Positions 20,517 to 28,130 of a stretch of 64,000 nt of DNA are shown here, one piece after another. The DNA is from a virus (taxonomy: Duplodnaviria > Caudoviricetes), in the IMG/VR virus record IMGVR_UViG_3300032292_001093, positions 20,936-84,935 of that record; one strand, written 5' to 3'. A program made the position numbers and the translations under genes. The notes under the pieces were generated by a model, which saw only the letters and a list, made by a program, of their open reading frames with translations, made no database searches and was not told the DNA's origin. Positions within the stretch are counted from its first letter, which is position 1, and each line of letters opens with the position of its first letter.

Positions 20517-21032
20517 TTAGTGTACTAGTAATAAACCGAGTACTAAACCAATAATAGCGACACCTCCACCGATACCACCAAAGACCATTTTAGTTTTCAT
20601 TTTTCTTATTTGTAGATTCTTTTCATCAATAACTTGTTGTCTATTATCAACTTGTTCTTCTAAAATAAGAATCTTTTTAAGATAAGCAGCAACTTCACCT
20701 TGTAATGATTTAATTTGTTGGTCTTTATTATTCAAAGACTCTTTTAATTTAGCAATTTCCAATTTTTGAGAAGCAATTACTTGTTCTTTATCATTGATAA
20801 CTCTAACACAAACTGAATCATATTGACCAATTTGAGTACTTTGTTTTTCTAAAAGAGCCAATAAGTCAGTACCATTATCAAGTGACTGAGCTTGTTCAAT
20901 AGTCATTACAATAACTTGTTGACCATTTGAATCTGTTTCAAATTTAGGGTAATCTATTTTAGCCTGTGAGTATTGTGAGTAAGCACTTAAACTCAACACT
21001 AAACCAACTATAAGTGATAAAAACTTTTTCAT
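20517..21032 (-). CDS. Exported coiled-coil protein with C-terminal TM (spanin-like candidate)
   Basis: N-terminal signal peptide, heptad region, C-terminal hydrophobic helix. Confidence 0.5.
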   Translation of the reverse strand: MKKFLSLIVGLVLSLSAYSQYSQAKIDYPKFETDSNGQQVIVMTIEQAQSLDNGTDLLALLEKQSTQIGQYDSVCVRVINDKEQVIASQKLEIAKLKESLNNKDQQIKSLQGEVAAYLKKILILEEQVDNRQQVIDEKNLQIRKMKTKMVFGGIGGGVAIIGLVLGLLLVH

Positions 21033-21033
21033 A

Positions 21034-21450
21034 TTAATGTTTTGTTTTATTTTTTAATGATTCTAAAAGAGCATCTCCTGTTCTATTAGGAGGATGATTC
21101 TTAATATCTTCAATCTTATGTTGAGTTTCAGCTAAATCACTTCTCAACTTATTCAAGTTAGCTTTAGACTTGTTAGCCTCAGCTTCTGCCTTTCTAGTTA
21201 AAGCCTCTTGTTTAGTTATTTCAGCTTGTAATTTAATGTCTAATTGTCTAAGACTATCAGATTTTGCTCTCCAAGTGGTGATTTCTAAATCAACAGCTTT
21301 CTTTTGAGCTTCTAATTCTTTGAATTGTTGCTCTAGTTGTTTAACTCTTTCTTTTGATGCTTTATCACCTGAGAAGAACCACTTAAAACCAAATAAAAGT
21401 GTCAGTCCAAGTAAGATTAATATCAAAATTGATTTAATATCCAATTTCAT
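21034..21450 (-). CDS. N-terminal TM coiled-coil protein (i-spanin-like candidate)
   Basis: Single N-terminal TM followed by a long coiled coil. Confidence 0.5.
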   Translation of the reverse strand: MKLDIKSILILILLGLTLLFGFKWFFSGDKASKERVKQLEQQFKELEAQKKAVDLEITTWRAKSDSLRQLDIKLQAEITKQEALTRKAEAEANKSKANLNKLRSDLAETQHKIEDIKNHPPNRTGDALLESLKNKTKH

Positions 21451-21545
21451 AAAAACTTATTATTTTTGGAATTATATATTATTTTACCAAACCGACCTTT
21501 TATTTTTGAGAAATTTTATATATATTTGTAAATATTTAAAAAACT

Positions 21546-22064
21546 ATGACGTATAAAAGACTAATATCTTTCGATTTTGATGACACTTTATTCCATACAC
21601 CAAAACCTGAAGAAGGCGAAAAAATCTGGAAGGAAAAAACAGGAACAGATTGGCCATATAGTGGTTGGTGGGGTCGTCCAGAAAGTATTGACCCTGAAAT
21701 ATTTAACATTCCATTGAATCAATGGGTTTATAAAAAATATTTAGAAGCCGTATCTGATCCAGAAAACTATGTTATATTAGCAACTGGTCGTCTTAAAAAG
21801 AAAGAAGGTATGTCTAGTCATATCCAAACTATTTTAAATCAACATAACCTATCATTTGATGAAATTCATTTAAACTGGGGCGGTGATACATACCACTTCA
21901 AAACTAAATTATTTGAAGAAAAAATTGAAGAACTTGGCGTTCATGAATTTGTTATGTATGATGATAGACAAGAACACTTAGTTAAATTTGAAGAATGGGC
22001 GGAAGAACATCACGTTCAAGTTACAGTAGTTGATGTTGTAAACAAAAAAGAAACTATTTTCTAA
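21546..22064 (+). CDS. HAD-family phosphatase (Swiss Army Knife RNA-repair-like HAD)
   Basis: FDFDDTLFHTP, WW, LATGR, K, MYDDR motifs. Confidence 0.75.
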   Translation: MTYKRLISFDFDDTLFHTPKPEEGEKIWKEKTGTDWPYSGWWGRPESIDPEIFNIPLNQWVYKKYLEAVSDPENYVILATGRLKKKEGMSSHIQTILNQHNLSFDEIHLNWGGDTYHFKTKLFEEKIEELGVHEFVMYDDRQEHLVKFEEWAEEHHVQVTVVDVVNKKETIF

Positions 22065-22086
22065 AATAATATATAATATTCAATTT

Positions 22087-22371
22087 ATGGCAACAATTAC
22101 AAAAAAGAAAACATCTTCTAAAGTAGAAGAAATTTTATCTAAACCATACAAACTGGTTTTACACAATGATGATCACAATACATTTGAGTGGGTTATTACT
22201 TGTCTTATGAAGATATGTAAGCATGAAACCGAACAAGCTACTCAATGCGCTCATATTGTTCACTACAATGGAAAGTGTGATGTTAAATACGGAGATATTG
22301 AAACAATAGCAACTATGAAAGATAAACTCAGAAGTGCTGGACTAAGTGCTACGATGGAGGCAAACAACTAA
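22087..22371 (+). CDS. clpS: ATP-dependent Clp protease adaptor ClpS
   Basis: LVLHNDDHNTFEWVI..L...C.H..EQA.QCA..VHYNGKC.VK.G. Confidence 0.92.
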   Translation: MATITKKKTSSKVEEILSKPYKLVLHNDDHNTFEWVITCLMKICKHETEQATQCAHIVHYNGKCDVKYGDIETIATMKDKLRSAGLSATMEANN

Positions 22372-22463
22372 TGAAATACCTTAAAAATATTTGGAACTAC
22401 CTAGCAGAAATACAAAAATATGTTGATGAAATTCAGAATAGACAAATCTTTGGAAAATTCTAA
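22371..22463 (+). CDS. 30-aa small ORF MKYLKNIWNYLAEIQKYVDEIQNRQIFGKF
   Basis: TAATG overlap with clpS stop; fills the gap before terL. Confidence 0.45.
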   Translation: MKYLKNIWNYLAEIQKYVDEIQNRQIFGKF

Positions 22464-22487
22464 TACATACTTTTAGTATGTCTTTTT

Positions 22488-24638
22488 TTATTTACCAAAC
22501 CAATTAGTACCATTTCCACCAAAGCCATTATTATTATTAGCTTTATACCTATTCATTTGTTGTCTTCTTATTTTCAAAACTTGACCATAATCAAGACCCT
22601 CAACATAATCTACTCCTTTTAGTGTCTCTCTAACATAGTTCATATACTCTTTATCAACAAACTTACTAGACCACTCTTCAATCATTTCAGAAAAATCGTG
22701 TCTACTAAAAACAGTTGTAGCATTTACAATAGTCATTACAGTATCATCATGACCAACGTCTGCCGCATATCTTGTGTTACCGGCTGATGTAGTATGTTTA
22801 ACAAATGTTGTGATTTCTCTAATATTATCTTCATTAGTAATAACAAATCCTTTAGTTTGCATGAGATCCTGATAATCTTTAACCATGAGATTCTTATTTT
22901 CTCCTACCTTTAACCCCACCTTTTCTTCAGTAGCATCGGCTCTATGTTTATATCTAACAAATACAGAAGAGCCATAATTATTATTACCATCAAAAACGTG
23001 AGGTAGCTCAGCAAATAAAGTATTACCATAGTTATTCAACTCGACAACTACTTTACAGTTATCAGGATTTAAGTATTCAAATACAATCATATAAAGTAAT
23101 TCGGCTAACTGCTTAACAGAAATATAATTGTTTCTATAAATACCTATTTGCTCTAATCTAAAGAAATCAACTATTGATTTATATGATGGTTTTTGTAATT
23201 CTGTTAAATCTTTTGGTTTCTCAGAAACTCTAAATATGTTTATAATAGAATAATCTTGTCCAAGTCCCTCTGATATATCGACAGATATTACAATCTTATA
23301 ATCTTTCCTCATTAATGGTATAAAAACATTATCATCCTCAACCCATTTTAAATCAGTATAACTAAATTTTAGTTTTTTATCAAAATCGAATATAGGCTCA
23401 TGTACATAATGTTTTTTATTTTTCAATAACTCATCAATAATTGCCTCGTTCAATAACGATTTAGAAGCATTAATAAATCTTAAACCATACTCTTGGTTGA
23501 AGGCATCCTCACCACCAATATCTTTTATAGCTTCTTCTTTCCAAGTTGTAACCTCAGCAATAGCCATAATAGGAACTTCAAAACCATTCTTATCAATAAA
23601 TGTTAATTTCTTAACATCTTCATCTGTACATTTATCATCATTAAAGATATTAATCACATCTTTGAGTAAGTCCATATTATATTCCATAAAGACTTTTGTC
23701 TGACTACCCCACTTCTGATTAACTAAATCAAATATCTCTTCTTTAGTTACACCATATTCATACATTTTATGTGGATTTAATCTAATATAAGTAACAAAAC
23801 GACCAGGTACTTGATACCAGTAAACTCTCATTGGCTTATAGTTATTCTTCATTGGATCGCCCTCAGGTCTTTCAGCATCAGTTAATAACCTATGGAATAG
23901 GTTCATACCATTTGGAGTAGAAGTGATGATAATCTTTGAATTTTGAACAGCAGCAGTTGTCGGAAAAGCAGCAGTATAGTATGGTTCAATAATATTTGAA
24001 GGAATGTGAGCAAACTCATCTAAGTAAAGTACGTCAATAGTAAAACCGATTGCTGGAGTCTTTGTTCTAGCTGATGTTTTAATTCTACAACCATTCTCAA
24101 ATGTTAATGATTTTTGATTCCAAGTTTTAATACCTGGCTTTAAGAAAAATGGTAGTAAAGAGTAAATAGATTTGATTTTATCAACAATCTCAACAGCCGT
24201 ATCGCCTTTATTAGCAACAATCATTATATTCTTATCATTATCAAATAAGATTTTATGTAACATGAAAATAGAAGATGAGATTGTTTTACCAACCTGACGA
24301 GATGCCATTAAGATACTAAATCTATTATTAACAAAACTATCAAGCATCTCTTTTTGATAATCTCTTAACTTAATAGAACCAATAGAACCATCTTCTCGTT
24401 TTACTTTACAATATTTTTCTACAAAATAATGAACATCTAAAGCACATCTAACATACTCTTGTTGTTCATCAGCAGTCATCTTAAATGAAACACCTGCTCT
24501 TCTCAAGCCTACTTCACTCTTTAACCAAGGATTTTGATATCGTTTAACGACTATACCATCGTTAATCTTATTAGTTGCCTCTTCTACTAGTTTGGTTGTA
24601 AAAACCATTTGTCTTTCTTGTTGTGGAGCAAATGCCAT
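22488..24638 (-). CDS. terL: Terminase large subunit, T4 gp17-like
   Basis: LRDYQ, ASRQVGKT, LYLDEFAHI, ITSTPNG, FNQEY, SVDISEGLGQDYS, VELNNYG, HDDTVM. Confidence 0.95.
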   Translation of the reverse strand: MAFAPQQERQMVFTTKLVEEATNKINDGIVVKRYQNPWLKSEVGLRRAGVSFKMTADEQQEYVRCALDVHYFVEKYCKVKREDGSIGSIKLRDYQKEMLDSFVNNRFSILMASRQVGKTISSSIFMLHKILFDNDKNIMIVANKGDTAVEIVDKIKSIYSLLPFFLKPGIKTWNQKSLTFENGCRIKTSARTKTPAIGFTIDVLYLDEFAHIPSNIIEPYYTAAFPTTAAVQNSKIIITSTPNGMNLFHRLLTDAERPEGDPMKNNYKPMRVYWYQVPGRFVTYIRLNPHKMYEYGVTKEEIFDLVNQKWGSQTKVFMEYNMDLLKDVINIFNDDKCTDEDVKKLTFIDKNGFEVPIMAIAEVTTWKEEAIKDIGGEDAFNQEYGLRFINASKSLLNEAIIDELLKNKKHYVHEPIFDFDKKLKFSYTDLKWVEDDNVFIPLMRKDYKIVISVDISEGLGQDYSIINIFRVSEKPKDLTELQKPSYKSIVDFFRLEQIGIYRNNYISVKQLAELLYMIVFEYLNPDNCKVVVELNNYGNTLFAELPHVFDGNNNYGSSVFVRYKHRADATEEKVGLKVGENKNLMVKDYQDLMQTKGFVITNEDNIREITTFVKHTTSAGNTRYAADVGHDDTVMTIVNATTVFSRHDFSEMIEEWSSKFVDKEYMNYVRETLKGVDYVEGLDYGQVLKIRRQQMNRYKANNNNGFGGNGTNWFGK

Positions 24639-24660
24639 ATTTTAGGAAAAGATATTTTTT

Positions 24661-24670
24661 AATATATATT
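24661..24670. promoter_or_regulatory. Palindromic late box AATATATATT shared by divergent terL and terS-like genes
   Basis: Perfect palindrome in a 49-bp gap. Confidence 0.65.
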
Positions 24671-24687
24671 GTAAAAAACCGCCTTCT

Positions 24688-25326
24688 ATGTCAAAAACAG
24701 AGAACGAAAGAAATAGAATCAAAGATGAATTCGATGAAATCCAATCGGAAAGTGGCGAATTTGATATAAGTAAACACCTTGCTAGACCTGAGGATCTACC
24801 AGATTTAGGTGAAATAGAAATATATGATTATGATTCAGACATGACAGTTGCTAGCCAACAGTCTATGGAAGTATTAGAATCACTTATTGATTTATATTTA
24901 AGTGATGTGCCTCAATTAAAAGAACACCCTTATATAAGAAATAAAATGAGAGAAGATGCTAAAGTTTATGCTGAAACAATATTCCTATCAAAGATGACTA
25001 GAAAGAATTTTCTATCACAATTAAGACAGGTTGATAACGGCGATAACTCTGCTAGAATGCATGAAGTTGTCAATCAAACAATTGGTCAAATTAGAGAAAA
25101 CTCTAAATTCTCGTCTACACAAAGAACTGAACTTGAGAAATTTTATAAAGGATTGAGAAAAGATTTAGGTCTTAATGAAATTGAGAATCCAGAAGTTATT
25201 AAAGCTCAAAATATAGCGGCTGAAGAATCAGCTGGTGAGTCAATAGGTGGTGGAGAAATAATGGATAATAGAAAGCTTAATGATTTAATTAAGAATGCTA
25301 TGATTAGTAAAGAGAAAGATAAATAA
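24688..25326 (+). CDS. Probable terminase small subunit (gp16-like)
   Basis: SARMHEVVNQTIGQI resembles gp16 PRAYEV..L; C-terminal ..KLNDLIK; divergent from terL. Confidence 0.55.
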   Translation: MSKTENERNRIKDEFDEIQSESGEFDISKHLARPEDLPDLGEIEIYDYDSDMTVASQQSMEVLESLIDLYLSDVPQLKEHPYIRNKMREDAKVYAETIFLSKMTRKNFLSQLRQVDNGDNSARMHEVVNQTIGQIRENSKFSSTQRTELEKFYKGLRKDLGLNEIENPEVIKAQNIAAEESAGESIGGGEIMDNRKLNDLIKNAMISKEKDK

Positions 25327-26172
25327 TTATCTCCATTTAAAACTTTCAAACACTGTTATTAAATTACTAAATTGGATATCTACTTTTGTAGTTACAAATC
25401 TATTTACTTTATTACCAGTTATTAAATTAACATATAATGTGTATTTTTTAGATTTCAAATCTTCTTTAATAATTTCTTTTAATTTATTATCAGTGTTTGA
25501 TAACAAAACAGTTAAAAGTTTATTAGATTCTTTTGCTAGTTTAATAACATTTTCTTCATCATCATAGAAGAATAATTCATCATATTGACCTAACTTTTCT
25601 TCAGTAAACTTATCACCTTCAGTTTTAAGACCAACTATATGTTGTAATAATAATCTAACTTTCTTATGAGAAATATCATCAGATACTTTATTATAGAATG
25701 TTTCTGATATAAAATAGAACTTTTTAATAATTAGACCATTTTCTTTTAATTTATCTTCTATTTTAGATATCATTAACTCATAGTTTCTCTTAGTATTCTT
25801 TGAGCATATTACATAAATATCATCATCTGTATTTTTCAAATGTAAAATATTTTCTAAATTAATATCATAATCTAAATTTTCAATTAATTCTTTATTCATA
25901 AACTCTTGTAAAGAAAAAGCTAAATTAGAAATATCGGCTCTGTGATTTTTAGCTTTAATTTTTATCTTCTCAAATAAATCTGTTGGTAACCAATAAGTGT
26001 GTCCGCTAAAATTTATAGAGTTTCCTTGGCTTTTATAAATACCTTTTTTAATTAAATTAAAATCACTTTGTGATATTTTCATAATAGGTATATTTGGAAT
26101 AGTCTTATCCACTAACCAAACTTTATTATCGGTTGTCAATATTGTATCTAAGTCAAAAAAGTGTGCTTTCAT
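25327..26172 (-). CDS. HAD-fold-like protein
   Basis: FFDLDT N-terminal motif, FFYDD late motif. Confidence 0.5.
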   Translation of the reverse strand: MKAHFFDLDTILTTDNKVWLVDKTIPNIPIMKISQSDFNLIKKGIYKSQGNSINFSGHTYWLPTDLFEKIKIKAKNHRADISNLAFSLQEFMNKELIENLDYDINLENILHLKNTDDDIYVICSKNTKRNYELMISKIEDKLKENGLIIKKFYFISETFYNKVSDDISHKKVRLLLQHIVGLKTEGDKFTEEKLGQYDELFFYDDEENVIKLAKESNKLLTVLLSNTDNKLKEIIKEDLKSKKYTLYVNLITGNKVNRFVTTKVDIQFSNLITVFESFKWR

Positions 26173-26453
26173 TATAATTTATAATTTGTTACTTTATATT
26201 TAAGTTGATGAGGCATGCCATCAAATCTACTGCCTTCATATTCTTTATCTTTCCACTCAACACCACCACTCAGTTCACTATCAAAGCTTCTACACTTTGG
26301 ACATTGATTTGGTGGAGTTTTTTGAACTTCACTTAAAACATCATTTATTTTAGATGTTCTGATATCACTTTTTACTTCTACCATATCTGACTCTGTATAA
26401 TAGAAATGTCCTTTACACCAAGGATTTCTACAAACTGTTTTCATTTGTTCCAT
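26172..26453 (-). CDS. Small Zn-ribbon protein
   Basis: CRNPWC...CPKC. Confidence 0.65.
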   Translation of the reverse strand: MEQMKTVCRNPWCKGHFYYTESDMVEVKSDIRTSKINDVLSEVQKTPPNQCPKCRSFDSELSGGVEWKDKEYEGSRFDGMPHQLKYKVTNYKL

Positions 26454-26522
26454 AAAGTATATATTAAATAAAAAATCCCATCATTTCTGACAGGATTTCT
26501 TAAATATATATTTTTCTATTTT

Positions 26523-26993
26523 TTATACTCTTACCATATTTTTACTTATTGCGAAATTATATAGTGTTGGTAGATTTAGGTATTTCATAAATGCGTTTCT
26601 TACGTCTAATAATGTTTTTGATTTTTTAACTAAATTTACTATAAGAAAACCAAACTCTTCTTGAAACTCTAAGTAACAATCACACCAAGGTCTATTATAA
26701 TGGTCTAATGTGTTCCATTCTTTATATCCACCAGATAACCAGTATAGTGATTTTTCTGGGGTTATGTTTTCATATATCATTTTTTTATCAATTGTCGTGT
26801 TCCAAATAGGGTCGTTCCAGTCAATTTTTCTCATTAGAATTGAAACTGCTTCAGCTACGTCTGATGTCATTTCTGGTCCGATTTCAAAGAAGTAATCATT
26901 TCCTTCTTTAGTAACCCTTAACTCTCTTTGATTCAAAATTTCCTTCTCTTGTTGTTTTTCAAGAGTAATTCTTTTTCTCTTCATAGTAATCAT
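26523..26993 (-). CDS. Hypothetical protein
   Basis: ORF in operon-like run. Confidence 0.65.
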   Translation of the reverse strand: MITMKRKRITLEKQQEKEILNQRELRVTKEGNDYFFEIGPEMTSDVAEAVSILMRKIDWNDPIWNTTIDKKMIYENITPEKSLYWLSGGYKEWNTLDHYNRPWCDCYLEFQEEFGFLIVNLVKKSKTLLDVRNAFMKYLNLPTLYNFAISKNMVRV

Positions 26994-27002
26994 GTTAATT
27001 TT

Positions 27003-27296
27003 TTATATCTGTGTAAGATTAATACCACTGCGCCATTTACCACCGAAATTGCCGTTTTCCCATATACCATTTTCCCAGTTTCCATAGAAGCTACCATCTT
27101 TAAAAATACCATAGTACCAATCTCCTGTGTAGAAACTGCCATTTTTCCATATAAGTGTGTTATTTTTTATTTCTAACTGAGCATTCTCAATTTCTGAGTC
27201 AATAAGCCAGTAGAATCCTTCTTTGAGAAGAATATCGTGTATTTCATTAGCACTTGTGTAAGTCTTCCCACGATAATTTAGTTCTGAATATCTCAT
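27003..27296 (-). CDS. Small protein with G-x-(W/F)-x-x pentapeptide repeats
   Basis: WKNGSFYTGDWYYGIFKDGSFYGNWENGIWENGNF. Confidence 0.7.
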   Translation of the reverse strand: MRYSELNYRGKTYTSANEIHDILLKEGFYWLIDSEIENAQLEIKNNTLIWKNGSFYTGDWYYGIFKDGSFYGNWENGIWENGNFGGKWRSGINLTQI

Positions 27297-27408
27297 AATA
27301 AAATATGAATTTGTATGTCTTATATATTCTAATTTTTTATTATCAAATCGACAATCGTGGATTTTATTAAAATTTCAAAGGTGGGTAAAAAAAAATATAT
27401 TTTAAAAT

Positions 27409-27437
27409 AAAAAAACCGGACATATGCCCGGTTTTTT
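27409..27437. terminator. Intrinsic terminator
   Basis: AAAAAACCGG-ACATATGC-CCGGTTTTTT. Confidence 0.75.
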
Positions 27438-27463
27438 AAGAATATGGAAAAAAATGATTTTTT

Positions 27464-27934
27464 TTATTTACTAAGGCTATTCAAAAAGTCTAATTCTGCT
27501 TTAGTCAAAGACTTCATACCAGTAGCACTGATTTTTTCTAAGATAGTGTCTACATCTAAAACTACATCGAATTCGGCGATTAAATCTTCGATGAAAACAT
27601 TAGAAACTTCTACAGTGTTATCAACTTTAGTATCAACAACTCTTGTGGCTTTTGGCATCTTTGGAGTTTTGATTGGTTGAATTTTCAACAAAGAGTCTTT
27701 TTCTCTTTTTGTGATTGGACAAAATCTCTCACAAACACTAAATTCATTAGTTACTATATCACAACCAGCAATTACCCAATCACCACCTGCCTCAACCCAG
27801 ATTTTAGATGAACAATCTTTGACGATAATCAAAGCATTGAAATCTAATTTATAAACTTCAGAGATAGCTTTCAATTGTTGATCGTTGTGAGACTTTAAGC
27901 TGATACAGATTACTTTGTTGATGTCGAATTTCAT
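27464..27934 (-). CDS. Probable early protein with C-terminal DUF6576-like helix pair
   Basis: VDTILEKISATGMKSLTKAELDFL; preceded by host-type promoter. Confidence 0.65.
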   Translation of the reverse strand: MKFDINKVICISLKSHNDQQLKAISEVYKLDFNALIIVKDCSSKIWVEAGGDWVIAGCDIVTNEFSVCERFCPITKREKDSLLKIQPIKTPKMPKATRVVDTKVDNTVEVSNVFIEDLIAEFDVVLDVDTILEKISATGMKSLTKAELDFLNSLSK

Positions 27935-27965
27935 ATTATTTTCTTTTAGTGGTTATTTTGTTATA

Positions 27966-27996
27966 CAAATATAAGGATAATTAGTGAATTTACAAA
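27966..27996 (-). promoter_or_regulatory. Bacteroidota housekeeping-sigma promoter TTTG-N19-TATATTTG
   Basis: Exact -33 TTTG (27996-27993) and -7 TAnnTTTG (27973-27966), 19-bp spacer. Confidence 0.75.
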
Positions 27997-28130
27997 TTTT
28001 ATTTATTATTTTTTTGTTTTATAATCTATTTTAATCAATTATCTTAAACAAAGATAATCATAATTATTCATTTTAACTAATTTTCAATAAAAGTTTTTTA
28101 ATATATATGTTGAAAAAATTACATTAATTT

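Noticed and set aside
917-20520. Short alternate-frame or antisense ORFs inside capsid, scaffold, portal and Q/A-rich genes
   Set aside because: By-products of codon bias and low-complexity repeats overlapping well-supported genes
23544-23798. Intein in terminase
   Set aside because: No N-terminal C/S with C-terminal HN-C/S/T, no LAGLIDADG blocks, too short
21546-26172. HAD proteins as the missing GmhB of the heptose pathway
   Set aside because: They lack the GmhB DRDGT/TNQSG/CRKP motifs and are distant from the operon
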